The position numbers were made by a program, and so were the translations under genes. From Deltaproteobacteria bacterium (GTDB lineage: Bacteria; Myxococcota_A; Polyangia; Fen-1088): 64,000 nucleotides of DNA. Location of the stretch: assembly GCA_033763315.1 (NCBI GenBank), contig JANRKS010000034.1:320355-384354 (forward strand), given 5' to 3'. Position 1 is the first letter of the stretch, and the number at the start of each line of letters is the position of its first letter. The notes under the pieces are model-generated. The model had not been told where the DNA came from, searched no databases, and saw only the letters and a program-made list of their open reading frames with translations. Positions 36,994 through 47,186 of the stretch are shown piece after piece.

Positions 36994-38544
36994 ATGAACC
37001 AGCCATCACGACGCTTCTTTCTCCGTGGTTTGGGTGGTGCATCTCTTGCGATACCCACAATGCCCTCGCTGCTTGGCACCCGCGAGGCGAAGGCGGCACT
37101 GGCCGCCGATGACAAGATCTTTATTGGCTTCATGAGCCATTACGGAGGTGTGTGGGCAAAGAAAATGTTGCCCATACTGCCCTCAAGTGGGTCCACCGTG
37201 GCGATGGACTACGCTGGTAAGAAGGTGCGCAAAGGCCCCCTGGCTGCGACCGTTTCTGGCGGTATCACAAAGGTCTCGGATGTGCTGCAGGCACCAAGCA
37301 ACGTGTTCACACAGTCGATTGTGGACAAGATGACGGTTTTGCAAGGCATAGACTTACCGTTCGATACGAATCACCATTCATCCGCCACGTTCGGCAACTA
37401 CGCCCAAGGCGATGGCAAGGTGAAGATCGCGGGTGGAGCGGGCCGCGCGACGATCGATCAAGTGATCGCGAATTCGCCAGCGTTCTATAAAAACTTGGCG
37501 GGCATCACCCAACGGTCGGTGTTCGTATCGCAGTTTGGCGAGCTCAGCTACAAACAGAAAGTACCAGGCAACATCAACTCGGGGGTCGACAAACCACCCA
37601 CGTACATGGATCCCGTGGCGTTGTGGTCGGCTTTGTTTGGCAGCGCCAAACCGAACGTTCCTGCAGCAGCGCGGCCTTCGATCGTCGATTTGGTCAAGGA
37701 AGATTACACGCGCCTCAAGAATGCGCCCCAGCTTGCGGCTGCCGACAAGGTGAGGCTTGAGGAACACGTCAACCGCATCGCGGAGATTGAGCGCCGCTTG
37801 GCGGTCACCATTTCATGCAACACGCCAAGCCGACCCAGCAATCCGGCGAACCCAGTGTGTGGCCAACCAAGCACTGATGTTGCCTTTTACGAAAGCTTCC
37901 TCGACATCCTCGTGGCGGGGCTTTCCTGCGGGCTCACACGCGTCGCAACCGTGCTTCACCAAGGCTGGAGCACGACCTTTGGCGAGCGTTGCAATGATCC
38001 TTGGCACCAAGAGGTGTCGCACAAGGTGGACGCTGCCGGGCCGCAAGAATCGATGGCGTCGTCGATGCGTACGCAGTTTTCCCGTGTTATCGCGCCGCTG
38101 GTGGCGAAGTTGGATGCCTCAAAGGATGCGAACGGCAAAAGCCTACTCGACCGATCGCTTGTGTATTGGACGCAAGAGCACGGCGTGTTTTCGCACGCAC
38201 AGGAGAACATTCCGGTTGTCACGTTCGGATCGGCCAACGGTGCGTTCAACACGGGCCTGCATCTTGACTATCGCGACCTCAATCGCATGATCCCCAAAGG
38301 GCAGTTCGGCGACACGCCCGGCGATCAACCATATGTGGGCCTTACGTGGCATCAGATGCTTGGCACGATCGCGCGTGGCTTCGGGATTCCGCAGACCGAG
38401 TGGAAGGAACCAAACCATGGTGGCTTTGGCCTTAAGCCAAGTAATCTTTCAGCGTCTTCCTACAACAATCGTTACAACTTCTGGGGCACGCCAGAGTGGA
38501 ATGCGGCCGCGGACAATCTGCCATTTTGGGTTAAGGCTTCGTAG
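36994..38544 (+). CDS. DUF1552 Tat-exported protein, module 3
   Basis: SRRFFL Tat motif; NHH, TIDQVIA, D..RLEEH, SCGLTRVA, WHQEVSH, SLLDRSL, FSH...IP. Confidence 0.88.
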   Translation: MNQPSRRFFLRGLGGASLAIPTMPSLLGTREAKAALAADDKIFIGFMSHYGGVWAKKMLPILPSSGSTVAMDYAGKKVRKGPLAATVSGGITKVSDVLQAPSNVFTQSIVDKMTVLQGIDLPFDTNHHSSATFGNYAQGDGKVKIAGGAGRATIDQVIANSPAFYKNLAGITQRSVFVSQFGELSYKQKVPGNINSGVDKPPTYMDPVALWSALFGSAKPNVPAAARPSIVDLVKEDYTRLKNAPQLAAADKVRLEEHVNRIAEIERRLAVTISCNTPSRPSNPANPVCGQPSTDVAFYESFLDILVAGLSCGLTRVATVLHQGWSTTFGERCNDPWHQEVSHKVDAAGPQESMASSMRTQFSRVIAPLVAKLDASKDANGKSLLDRSLVYWTQEHGVFSHAQENIPVVTFGSANGAFNTGLHLDYRDLNRMIPKGQFGDTPGDQPYVGLTWHQMLGTIARGFGIPQTEWKEPNHGGFGLKPSNLSASSYNNRYNFWGTPEWNAAADNLPFWVKAS

Positions 38545-38562
38545 GGCGATCGTCAGATGTGA

Positions 38563-38578
38563 ATTAACGAAGGTTAAT
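38563..38578. promoter_or_regulatory. Candidate operator, perfect palindrome ATTAAC-GAAG-GTTAAT
   Basis: Intergenic, about 58 bp upstream of 38636; shares TGTGAATTAACGA with the site at 43715. Confidence 0.65.
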
Positions 38579-38635
38579 GTGAGGACATGACTAAAGGGCG
38601 TATGTCCGTGGAATATTTCCAAAGGACAAACGACG

Positions 38636-39454
38636 ATGCGCTCAAAAATTTATGCCTGTTTGTGTTTGTGTTTCACCCTCGCGGCGGCCGTGGTCGCTTG
38701 CAACTCTGACACCTCCCGTGATGAATCAAACAACGGTGGCGAGTCCGGAAGCGCCGGCGGTGGTAAAGACGGTGGAGGTGCGGGGGGCAAAGCTGCCACC
38801 GGTGGCTCGGGCGGCAGCTCGGGTGGATCGGGCGGCCAAGGCGGCAGCGCCAACGTTGCGGGATCGGGTGGCACGGCATCATCGGGGGGCATGGGTGGCA
38901 CCGCACCCATCAACGTAGCGGCTCCGCGCGTGTATGACTTCGAGGTGGACACGCAGACGTGGGGGCTTGCGCTTGAGTCCAAAGATGCACCAGCGTCTTC
39001 GCCTGACGCCGGCGCAAGCGACGCAGGAACGGTTGAGCCCTTAAAGGCGCCTGTGCAAAGCACCACGAAGGCGTTGACGGGCACCGGCTCGTTGCGCGTG
39101 GACATTGAGGGTGTGGCGGGCACAAAACGTCAAGTGTTCGTTGGCTTGCAAGGCACACCCTCGGACATCGGTTTTGTTCGACCCATCACGAAGGTGACCT
39201 ACAACTTGTGGGCTCCCACAGATAGCGCCTTGAGCTTCGTTCAGGCCTACGTCGTAGGCTTCGGTAACGAAACGCCTGGCTGGAAATCTGTGAGCAAACT
39301 GCCAACTCCTGGCGCTTGGACCCAGTACGAGCTGATTTTCCCCGAGCCCTATCCCGTCAGCCCCTACGGCATGTCGGTCGGCTTTCAGCTGGAAACCAAG
39401 ACGGCATGGAGTGGTGCGGTCTACATCGACGCTGTGAAAGTCGAGTTCATGTGA
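38636..39454 (+). CDS. Gly-linker lipoprotein with carbohydrate-binding-module-like beta-sandwich
   Basis: AAGGA RBS; lipobox VVAC; Gly/Ser linker; YDFE...W, A..GTGSL.V, PGAWTQY, G.VYIDAV pattern typical of galactose-binding-like CBMs. Confidence 0.65.
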   Translation: MRSKIYACLCLCFTLAAAVVACNSDTSRDESNNGGESGSAGGGKDGGGAGGKAATGGSGGSSGGSGGQGGSANVAGSGGTASSGGMGGTAPINVAAPRVYDFEVDTQTWGLALESKDAPASSPDAGASDAGTVEPLKAPVQSTTKALTGTGSLRVDIEGVAGTKRQVFVGLQGTPSDIGFVRPITKVTYNLWAPTDSALSFVQAYVVGFGNETPGWKSVSKLPTPGAWTQYELIFPEPYPVSPYGMSVGFQLETKTAWSGAVYIDAVKVEFM

Positions 39455-39488
39455 CTTGAGCGGACTTCGTCACTTTGTCTCGTCAGGA

Positions 39489-39502
39489 TTAATAAGCGTT
39501 AA
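39489..39502. promoter_or_regulatory. Candidate operator TTAAT-AAGC-GTTAA
   Basis: Intergenic, upstream of 39593; 1 mismatch to consensus. Confidence 0.6.
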
Positions 39503-39592
39503 CGGCGTTCACTCCATGTGTGTGTGAACCTAGGGCTAGCGTTCGTTATCACGTACCGCTTCACGCCCTGGTTCAAACAAGGAGATCCCTCC

Positions 39593-40627
39593 ATGCGTTC
39601 GCAGTTCGCTCATGGTGTTCCGATGGTTTTGCTCTCGACGTTGGTGATCGCTGCCTGCAGCTCGTCGAGCAATCCGAGCGACGATAACGGCTCGGGCGGC
39701 GGCGGTTCTGATGCGGGCGGTGCCGCAGGCATGGAGGACAAAGCGGGCATGGGAGGCGCATCTTCCTCCGCTGGAGGAAAAGGCGGCAGCAACGCCGGTG
39801 GCAGCGCCGGCAGCGCTTCAGGCGGAGCCTCCGGCGGCCAACCGGGCACGGGCGGCATGGCGGGGGCCGGTGGCGTCACCGGTACCGGCGGTGCCATCCC
39901 CGCAACTCCACCGGCGTTCGCGATCGATTTCGAGAACGCCACCGTGGGGCAAGGACCTCCCACACCCTTCACGGGCGGCGGCCCGGGAAAAGCCGTCGTC
40001 GATGCCACGCGCGCTTGGAGCGGAAGCAAATCGATCAAGGTCACGTCCTCCGCCAACTCCACAATGTTCAACTTGAATGTGGCCAAGTACATCGCCACCA
40101 ACAAGAAGACGGCCTACGCGCGTTTCATGCTCTACATGGACAACTTCCCAGGCACCATGGCCGGTGGGCATTGGGACGTCATCAAGATGCTGGGCACCAT
40201 GCGCGGCGGCGACTTCAACGTCAACGGCTTCCTCTCGTTTGGTGGCTTCGCCGACGCGCAACAAAAGCTCCATATGTTTGGCGACGACACCGCCGGCAAG
40301 GGCCGACAAGACTGTGTCAAACAAGCGCCCATGGTGTTCGAGCCGAAAAAGTGGGTGTGCGTTGAGATGAAGGTGGATGAAGAGGACATCGTCAACTACG
40401 GCATCTCGTTGGATGGAAAACCCATTCAGCAGTACAGCTTCTTGTGGGATAGCGCCGCTTCTAACTGCGTGCCGGAATGGAACATCATGCAAGGCAAGTG
40501 GTACTTGCCCGAGGTGAACGTGATGACGTTTGGCTTCAATCACGTCCATACGCAGGCCAATCCGGTGACGCTTTGGATCGACGACATCGCCGTGGATAAG
40601 AAACCCATTGGCTGCCCCCAAAAATAG
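39593..40627 (+). CDS. Gly-linker lipoprotein with Cip1-like / polysaccharide-lyase-like domain
   Basis: AAGGAG RBS; lipobox IAAC; IDFE, AWSGSKSIKV, YARFMLY, KWVCVE, WIDDIAV...PIGC; paralog of 34094. Confidence 0.7.
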   Translation: MRSQFAHGVPMVLLSTLVIAACSSSSNPSDDNGSGGGGSDAGGAAGMEDKAGMGGASSSAGGKGGSNAGGSAGSASGGASGGQPGTGGMAGAGGVTGTGGAIPATPPAFAIDFENATVGQGPPTPFTGGGPGKAVVDATRAWSGSKSIKVTSSANSTMFNLNVAKYIATNKKTAYARFMLYMDNFPGTMAGGHWDVIKMLGTMRGGDFNVNGFLSFGGFADAQQKLHMFGDDTAGKGRQDCVKQAPMVFEPKKWVCVEMKVDEEDIVNYGISLDGKPIQQYSFLWDSAASNCVPEWNIMQGKWYLPEVNVMTFGFNHVHTQANPVTLWIDDIAVDKKPIGCPQK

Positions 40628-40655
40628 TTCACCAACTTAACGATTCGGAGCTGAC

Positions 40656-41675
40656 ATGAAGAAGATCTTTGGTTTTGTAAGTCTTGTTGCCATTGCCGCC
40701 GTTGCCTGCTCTTCCAGTGAGGGAGGCGACGACAAGAACAACGGAGGCGACGCAGGGCAATCATCTGCCGGCGGCAGCAGTGATGGCAGTGGTGGCAAAG
40801 GTGGCAAAGGCGGCAACGGTGGCAGCGGGTCGGCAGGCCAGGGATCGGGGGGCTCAGCGGCTGGCTCTGGCGGCGCCGCTGGCATGTCTTCCGGCGGCTC
40901 GTCCGGCAAGGCAGGTGGCAGTGGTGGCACGGCGTCTGGCGGTGCGGCGGGCATGGCTGCCGGTGGCAGTGGCGATGCTCCTGCAGAGACGTGCAAGAAT
41001 CTCAAGGCCAAGGTTTTCGACTTTCGTTCTGACCATCCCGACTTTCAGCCCGAAGGCGCAATGGTCAATGCACTGATCAACTTCGTGAAGGAGGAACTGG
41101 ATGCAGACAAAGACCTGCAGCTGGTTCCCGGCGTGACGGACTCTTACGTTAAGGACGCTGCATCTCTTAAGCAATGGTATCGCCCGACGGAGAACGTCAA
41201 CAAGGTGATCGATGTTGATCTGACGATGTTCAAACGGTCCGCCTTGTTGTGGGCGTTTGGCAGCGACAACCCCGAGGGCGATTGGTACCCGATCGATGCG
41301 AAGGGCTGGGGAAATCTCGACATCATTGCGCCGCGCATGCACAAAGACGCCGACGAAGCCACGCTCGACAACGCGCACAACCAGTTGTTCACCGCCAAGA
41401 TCGAAGCCTCTTTCTATTACCGTGGCGGCAAGAACGAGCTCATCATTTCCGAAAGTGATGACGACTCGTGGGTTTTCATCAATGGAAAGCTTGCGCTCGA
41501 CAACGGGGGTCTAAAGGGTTTTGCGCCCGCAAGCGTGAACTTGGATGCTGTTGCCGTGAAGCTCGGCATCCAGCCCGGCAAATCATACCCCATCACGTTC
41601 TTTTACGCCGAGCGCAACTTCGGTGGCGCGCGCTATCGTGTCTCGCACAATCTGGTGTTTGATAACTGCAAATAG
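40656..41675 (+). CDS. Fibro-slime (PA14-like) domain lipoprotein with Gly linker
   Basis: Lipobox AVAC; DFR.DHPDF, QWY, HN..FT, SDDDSWVFINGKLALDNGG, FFYAER. Confidence 0.85.
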   Translation: MKKIFGFVSLVAIAAVACSSSEGGDDKNNGGDAGQSSAGGSSDGSGGKGGKGGNGGSGSAGQGSGGSAAGSGGAAGMSSGGSSGKAGGSGGTASGGAAGMAAGGSGDAPAETCKNLKAKVFDFRSDHPDFQPEGAMVNALINFVKEELDADKDLQLVPGVTDSYVKDAASLKQWYRPTENVNKVIDVDLTMFKRSALLWAFGSDNPEGDWYPIDAKGWGNLDIIAPRMHKDADEATLDNAHNQLFTAKIEASFYYRGGKNELIISESDDDSWVFINGKLALDNGGLKGFAPASVNLDAVAVKLGIQPGKSYPITFFYAERNFGGARYRVSHNLVFDNCK

Positions 41676-41726
41676 GGGCATCGCAAAGACGCGCCCCCCC
41701 CCCGACCACTGACAGAATTCGCCACT

Positions 41727-43655
41727 GTGGCACACAATCGTTTGATGACACGCGCACGTCTGCTTTGCTCGGTGCTGCTCCCGCTAATGGCTTGCGCACA
41801 TTCCGGACCGGCGGACGTTGCGTCTTCCGCGCCGGCTTCGCCGTTTGATAACAAGGACGACGCTGAGCGCTCGTTGCAGCGGTTGGTCACACGGGGTTGG
41901 AACACCTGGAACAACCCGAGCTTACTGTCGCACGTGCTGATGCCTGAAGGTTTGGCGCTCAACCTTGTTTTCCGCAACACCCGCGGCGGACCTTATTGGT
42001 TGCGCGAGTCGTACGTGCGGAGGGTGCCGGTGCCTGCTGACCGGGAGCTCATTCGCCCAGGCCTGCGCGCCTACGATGGCAAGTACACGGAATTGTCCCT
42101 GGAATGGGTGGGAGTCAAAGCTGATGTGCAATCCGCCACGATCGGCGATGACATCGTCATCCTCTATTCGCCGCACAAAGACTCTTCGGGCGATCGTATC
42201 TTGATATTGGAAACGGCAATGTTGTGGAACCGCAGGGGATCGCTTCTGCAAACGGGAGGCGCCATCGATGCGGTCACCGCCAACCGAAAGCTGCGCATTG
42301 GCGCCACGTCACCGAGTTTGGGGTTGAACTTCCCGTTGTCCTCGCCTCACTTAACGTTTCGGTCGAACCAAGAAGTTGCGTTCTTCACCGGCCCGAATCG
42401 CTCGCTCGCAGAGGTCAAAGCGCTTATCGCCAGCAAGCGCAAGGAAGTTGAGGCGCAGTCGGCCAGGTTTGGCGATTTGGCTGAGGCGCATCAGGCAATG
42501 CGCAATGTGACGGCATGGAATTTGTTCTACGAAGCGCAGGGCGACAGAGCCGTGGCCTCGGTATCCCGCACGTGGAATGAGGCCTGGGGCGGGTACATTT
42601 TGTTTGATTGGGATACGTACTTTGCGGGCTGGATGATGGCGGTCGATGACAAGAACCTGGCTTATGCAAACGCGATGGCCGTCACGCGCTTGATGACCGA
42701 AGACGGCTTCGTGCCCAACGTGGCCGCCGCCTTCGATTCTAAGTCCCGTGATCGCTCACAGCCGCCTGTGGGCGCAATGATGGTGAAAGCCTTGTTCGAT
42801 AAGTTTCATGATCAATGGTTCGCTGCCGCGCTGTTTGATGACCTGCTGCGCTGGAACCGCTGGTGGGACAAACATCGTAACAATCAAGGCTATTTGTCAT
42901 GGGGTTCAGATCCAAACACCCGCGGCATGGATGACCCAAACTCCCGCAAGGCTGCCATCTTAGAGTCCGGACTCGATAACTCGCCTCTTTTTGATGATGC
43001 CGCCTTCAACGAATCCACGCACATGTTGCAGCTGGCTTCGGTGGATCTCATGAGCCTCTACATTGCCGATTGCCAGTCACTGCAAGCGTTGGCCAAGATC
43101 TTGGGGCGGCAAGGCGAAGCCGCGGAACTGGCAGAACGAGGCAAACGTTTTACCGCCAAGCTTGCGGAGCTTTGGGACGAAGAGACGGGCATCTATCGCG
43201 ATAAAGATCTCGTGACCGGGAAGTTCAGCAAACATCTGGGGCCCACCAACTTTTACCCCTTGCTCGCCCGAGTGCCGACGCAGGCGCAGGCTGAACGTAT
43301 GGTCAAGGAGCACCTGTTCAATCCAAAGGAGTTTTATGGGCCATGGATGTTGCCGTCGATTTCGCGGGACGATCCGGGTTTTGGCGATAACGAATACTGG
43401 CGAGGGCGCATTTGGGCGCCGATGAACTTCTTGGTGTACCTGGGCCTTCGCAACTACGATTTGCGCGAGGCTCAACACGTTCTGGCAGAAAGCTCGGTAA
43501 GGCTTTTGCTTAAGGAATGGCGCGCGAACCGCCGGGTGCACGAAAACTACAACGCAACCACCGGCGCTGGCGGCGACGTGAATTCGAGCGACGGCTTCTA
43601 TTCATGGGGAGGCCTTTTGGGGCTGATAGGCCTCATCGAAGGGGGGCATTTTTAA
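41727..43655 (+). CDS. (alpha/alpha)6 glycoside hydrolase lipoprotein, GH63/trehalase-like
   Basis: Lipobox LMAC; GWNTW, FDWDTYF, RSQPP, ESGLDNSPLFD, YWRGRIW.P.N, HENY. Start may be ATG 41745. Confidence 0.85.
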   Translation: MAHNRLMTRARLLCSVLLPLMACAHSGPADVASSAPASPFDNKDDAERSLQRLVTRGWNTWNNPSLLSHVLMPEGLALNLVFRNTRGGPYWLRESYVRRVPVPADRELIRPGLRAYDGKYTELSLEWVGVKADVQSATIGDDIVILYSPHKDSSGDRILILETAMLWNRRGSLLQTGGAIDAVTANRKLRIGATSPSLGLNFPLSSPHLTFRSNQEVAFFTGPNRSLAEVKALIASKRKEVEAQSARFGDLAEAHQAMRNVTAWNLFYEAQGDRAVASVSRTWNEAWGGYILFDWDTYFAGWMMAVDDKNLAYANAMAVTRLMTEDGFVPNVAAAFDSKSRDRSQPPVGAMMVKALFDKFHDQWFAAALFDDLLRWNRWWDKHRNNQGYLSWGSDPNTRGMDDPNSRKAAILESGLDNSPLFDDAAFNESTHMLQLASVDLMSLYIADCQSLQALAKILGRQGEAAELAERGKRFTAKLAELWDEETGIYRDKDLVTGKFSKHLGPTNFYPLLARVPTQAQAERMVKEHLFNPKEFYGPWMLPSISRDDPGFGDNEYWRGRIWAPMNFLVYLGLRNYDLREAQHVLAESSVRLLLKEWRANRRVHENYNATTGAGGDVNSSDGFYSWGGLLGLIGLIEGGHF

Positions 43656-43714
43656 CCTCACCCCACTTGAATGCGAGCTTGCTTTCAGAAAAGAGGCTCG
43701 CGCCTTGTTGTGAA

Positions 43715-43728
43715 TTAACGATCGTCAA
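43715..43728. promoter_or_regulatory. Candidate operator TTAAC-GATC-GTCAA
   Basis: Intergenic, about 82 bp upstream of module 4; 1 mismatch to consensus. Confidence 0.6.
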
Positions 43729-43809
43729 CAGTCCCCAACACGTTCGTCTCCTAGCATTGGCTATGGTCGGGCCTGCACGAGCGGCTCCTTTGCTGTCTGA
43801 GGGGTGTCT

Positions 43810-45546
43810 ATGATTCGCATCACATTGAAACGAACCGCGTACGATTTGGCACGCGTGGGCTTGGTGGGTGTTTTAGCCGTCGGATGTACGGGTGGCGCCG
43901 GCAAATCGGCTTCGGCGCCGTCTGACGATGACGGAACGGTCATACCCCCGGCCGATGAGATAAAACTCGACCGCAACCCCAGTCACCCCCTTACCTGCAA
44001 CGACAGCAAGAAGGTTGTCACAGGGTCCACGCCGTTTGTGAGGCTCTCGGCAACGCAATACGCGAACACGCTTCGCGACCTGCTCGCGCCGCTAAAGATG
44101 CCTGGCGCGCCCTTGCCGCCCGATACGTTGCGCCCGGGCTTCGCACCCGACGATGCCTTTGCCGCGGGCACCGACGTCGTCGAAGCCGTTAGCTCGCAGG
44201 CCACCAACCTTGGAACCCTCGTGGCGTCGAACCTCGATAAGTTGGGTCTGGCGGGGTGCCCCCCGGCCAACGCAAATGCGGAGACGGCCTGCATGGATGG
44301 TTTCATCAAAGGATTTGTGACGCGCGCATACCGGCGGCCTCCGTCGGATGACGAGCGCAAAGCGATCGAAACTTTGTTCGCAAACGCGCGCAAGAGCGGC
44401 GATTTTTCACAAGCCATCGGCACGGTGGTGGAAGGCGTGCTGCAAACTCCACAATTTCTCTATCGCCTTGAGATAGGTGGTGGAGCGCAGGACGGAAGCG
44501 CCAAATTGAGTGGCTACGAGATGGCCTCGCGGTTGTCGTATCTGCTTTGGAATAGCATGCCCGACGCCGAGCTCATGACGGCCGCAGGCGAGGGCGCCCT
44601 TGACGACAGCAAGGGCATCGCGAGTCAAGTGCAGCGTATGTTAAAGGACGAGCGCGCCAAACAAATGGCAGGCGACTTTGTCGACGCTTGGCTTCACCTT
44701 GATCTGCGCCTCTCCCGCGCCGCTGGAAGCGCCAAAGACAAAACCGCATTTCCGAACTACTCAGACGCCGTATCGAAGGATCTCGTGAGCGGCCTGGACA
44801 GCTTCATCGAAGATAGCTTGCTTGGCGACAAAGGCGGCATTCGGAAGCTGCTTGGTAGCCGAAGCGGTTGGGTGAACCAAAACACCGCGCCAATCTATGG
44901 CGCCACCAGCAGCGGATCGCAGCTCACCAAGATTGAACTCAATGGTGACCAGCGCCGTGGGCTTCTAACTCAACCCGCTCTTATGGCGGCGTTGGCCAAC
45001 CCCGAGAAGCACGCGCCAGTTCGTCGCGGGGTGTTGGTGCTTGAGGGCATCTTGTGCCAAAGCCCGCCACCTCCTCCCAATGGAATGATCCCTCCGCAGC
45101 CGGCGCCTGACACCAGCGTAAAGCGCACCACACGTGAGCGCTTGATCGCTGAACACGAAAGCCAAGGGGGAAGCTGCAAGTCCTGCCATGAGGTGATCGA
45201 CGGCGCGGGCTTCGCGTTCGAGAACTACAACGCCATTGGACAATGGCAAGACAAGGAAGACGGCCTTGACGTCAATTCATCGGCGGTGATCACAGGCACC
45301 TACGATGCAGATGGAAACTACAAGAACGCCGTCGAGATGATCGACCGTTTGGCCCAAAGTGAGCAGGTCGCACAGTGTTACACCGAGACGTTCTATCGCT
45401 ACGCCATGGCCCGAGAGCTGACCGAAGATGACGGATGCAACATCGGCTATCTCACGGATCGCGTGATCAAGTCCGATTCCGATATGGCGTCCTTAATCGA
45501 AGCTTTGACAACCGCACCCGGTTTTAGATACCGCAGCGCCTTTTAG
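43810..45546 (+). CDS. DUF1592/1588-family heme-c lipoprotein, module 4
   Basis: Lipobox AVGC; RLS..QY.NTLRDLL, RAYRRPP, LQTPQFLYRLE, YEMASRLSY.LW..MPD, RRGLL, ILCQ.PPPPP, CKSCH. Confidence 0.9.
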   Translation: MIRITLKRTAYDLARVGLVGVLAVGCTGGAGKSASAPSDDDGTVIPPADEIKLDRNPSHPLTCNDSKKVVTGSTPFVRLSATQYANTLRDLLAPLKMPGAPLPPDTLRPGFAPDDAFAAGTDVVEAVSSQATNLGTLVASNLDKLGLAGCPPANANAETACMDGFIKGFVTRAYRRPPSDDERKAIETLFANARKSGDFSQAIGTVVEGVLQTPQFLYRLEIGGGAQDGSAKLSGYEMASRLSYLLWNSMPDAELMTAAGEGALDDSKGIASQVQRMLKDERAKQMAGDFVDAWLHLDLRLSRAAGSAKDKTAFPNYSDAVSKDLVSGLDSFIEDSLLGDKGGIRKLLGSRSGWVNQNTAPIYGATSSGSQLTKIELNGDQRRGLLTQPALMAALANPEKHAPVRRGVLVLEGILCQSPPPPPNGMIPPQPAPDTSVKRTTRERLIAEHESQGGSCKSCHEVIDGAGFAFENYNAIGQWQDKEDGLDVNSSAVITGTYDADGNYKNAVEMIDRLAQSEQVAQCYTETFYRYAMARELTEDDGCNIGYLTDRVIKSDSDMASLIEALTTAPGFRYRSAF

Positions 45547-45580
45547 CGCCTACCCCCAGCCAGTTCGGAGCAGTCTCATC

Positions 45581-46999
45581 ATGCCCATCACGTTCAACCG
45601 ACGACGACTTCTGGAAACCTTTGGTATGGGTGGCGCGGCGTACTTTTTACCGAGCCTCCGCCCAGCGCACGCCGCCACCCCGCCTCAGCGTGTGGTGATT
45701 TTCTACAGCCATCAAGGCACATTGCCATGGATGTGGAAGCCCACGGGTACGCGGACTGATTTCAAACTCGGGCCGTTGCTTGAGCCCTTGGAGCCCTACA
45801 AAAAAGACCTCATCTTGTTTGACGGCGTGGATTTCAAGGCCCTGGAACTCCCCAATGGCAAGGGTGGCAACGATGGCCACGCCACAACACAAGCCTGCTC
45901 GATGACGGCGAACGTTCAGATCAACCACCTCACGAACGATCCCAAGTCGCGCGGCAAAGGGCCCTCGTTCGATTGGTTCCTGGGCCGTAAGCTCGAGGCC
46001 GCCAATGGGGGCCGGCCACCCACACCGTTCGGCGAGCAACGCTTCCGTGTGTACGATCGTTTGGGTGATAACCCCAACTGGTACCGTCCGCTTGAAGACG
46101 ACAAGAACCAATGGCTGTTGCCCTCGGTGGATCCGGGGCGCTCGTTCGATACGTTGTTTGGCGCGGCCATGCAAATGAGCGCTGGCGGCGATACGGCGGA
46201 CAACGCGCGCATTCTGCAACGCAAGAGCGCTTTGGATTTTGCCGTGGGCGAATTTGGGCGTGTGGCGAACAAGGTGGGTACGTTCGAGAAGCAGCGCCTC
46301 GATCAGCACGCTGAACTCGTTCGCGGGATCGAGAAGCAACTGCAAACGCGCGCGGACAGCGCCAAAAGCTGCACAGCCCCGCCTCGTCCGCAGGGCGCCC
46401 GGTCCGCGGCTGGTAACTGGGATTTTTCGTGGAAGGGCTTTAGCGACCTTTCAGTGGCCGCGCTGACCTGCGACTTAAGCCGCGTTGTTTTCATCCATGT
46501 GGATGAAGTTGCGCCAAAGCTTTACGGCGGCATCAATTCCGGCAGTCTGGGCGGCATCGACAACCTGCATGACTTGGTTCACGCCATCAACGTTGGTAGC
46601 AAAGACAACCAAGACGCGAACCGGTTGAAGACCGTGAAGGGTTACTATGGCGCCCACACACCCGTCTTCAAAGAGCTGCTCGATAAATTGGCCGCGGTGA
46701 AGGAATCGGATGGCAAGCGTCTGCTTGACCACACTGCCGTGCTTTGGTGTGGCGAACTTCCGCAACCCGGGCATTCCCCGCACAACAACAAGTGGCTTAC
46801 GGCGGGCAGCTGCGGTGGCAAACTCAAGACCGGCCAGTGGCTTAACTATGACGGCGATGGCATCGTTTTCGGTGGCGTGCGCAACAACGTTCCATCTAAC
46901 GGTGACGTCTTCACCACGCTCGCCAAAGCCATGGGCGTTAATGAATCTTTCGGCGCACCAGGTGCCACGAAAGGTCCGATCTCCGACGCCCTGGTTTAA
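45581..46999 (+). CDS. DUF1552 Tat-exported protein, module 4
   Basis: NRRRLL Tat motif; PQRVV, LLEPL.PYK, DGH, RLDQH, TCDLSRV, LHDLVH, LLDHT, PGH. Confidence 0.9.
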   Translation: MPITFNRRRLLETFGMGGAAYFLPSLRPAHAATPPQRVVIFYSHQGTLPWMWKPTGTRTDFKLGPLLEPLEPYKKDLILFDGVDFKALELPNGKGGNDGHATTQACSMTANVQINHLTNDPKSRGKGPSFDWFLGRKLEAANGGRPPTPFGEQRFRVYDRLGDNPNWYRPLEDDKNQWLLPSVDPGRSFDTLFGAAMQMSAGGDTADNARILQRKSALDFAVGEFGRVANKVGTFEKQRLDQHAELVRGIEKQLQTRADSAKSCTAPPRPQGARSAAGNWDFSWKGFSDLSVAALTCDLSRVVFIHVDEVAPKLYGGINSGSLGGIDNLHDLVHAINVGSKDNQDANRLKTVKGYYGAHTPVFKELLDKLAAVKESDGKRLLDHTAVLWCGELPQPGHSPHNNKWLTAGSCGGKLKTGQWLNYDGDGIVFGGVRNNVPSNGDVFTTLAKAMGVNESFGAPGATKGPISDALV

Positions 47000-47042
47000 T
47001 CCACCACGGGCTCGGCTCGTGCTGTTGATGTGCGCCTAAGCC

Positions 47043-47067
47043 CACGCAGGGCGTTGCCCTGTGCGTG
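47043..47067. terminator. GC-rich hairpin between convergent modules 4 and 5
   Basis: CACGC-AGGGC-GTT-GCCCT-GT-GCGTG; no clear U-tract. Confidence 0.3.
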
Positions 47068-47186
47068 AGTGAGGGCGCTGCCGCGTTTTGCGCCGGCACA
47101 TCAACCGAATGACGGACAAAAGGGAGGACGAGGAACGTCCTCCCGTGACAATTGCGCAGAAGCTTGGTGAGCCCTAAAGAGAGAGT

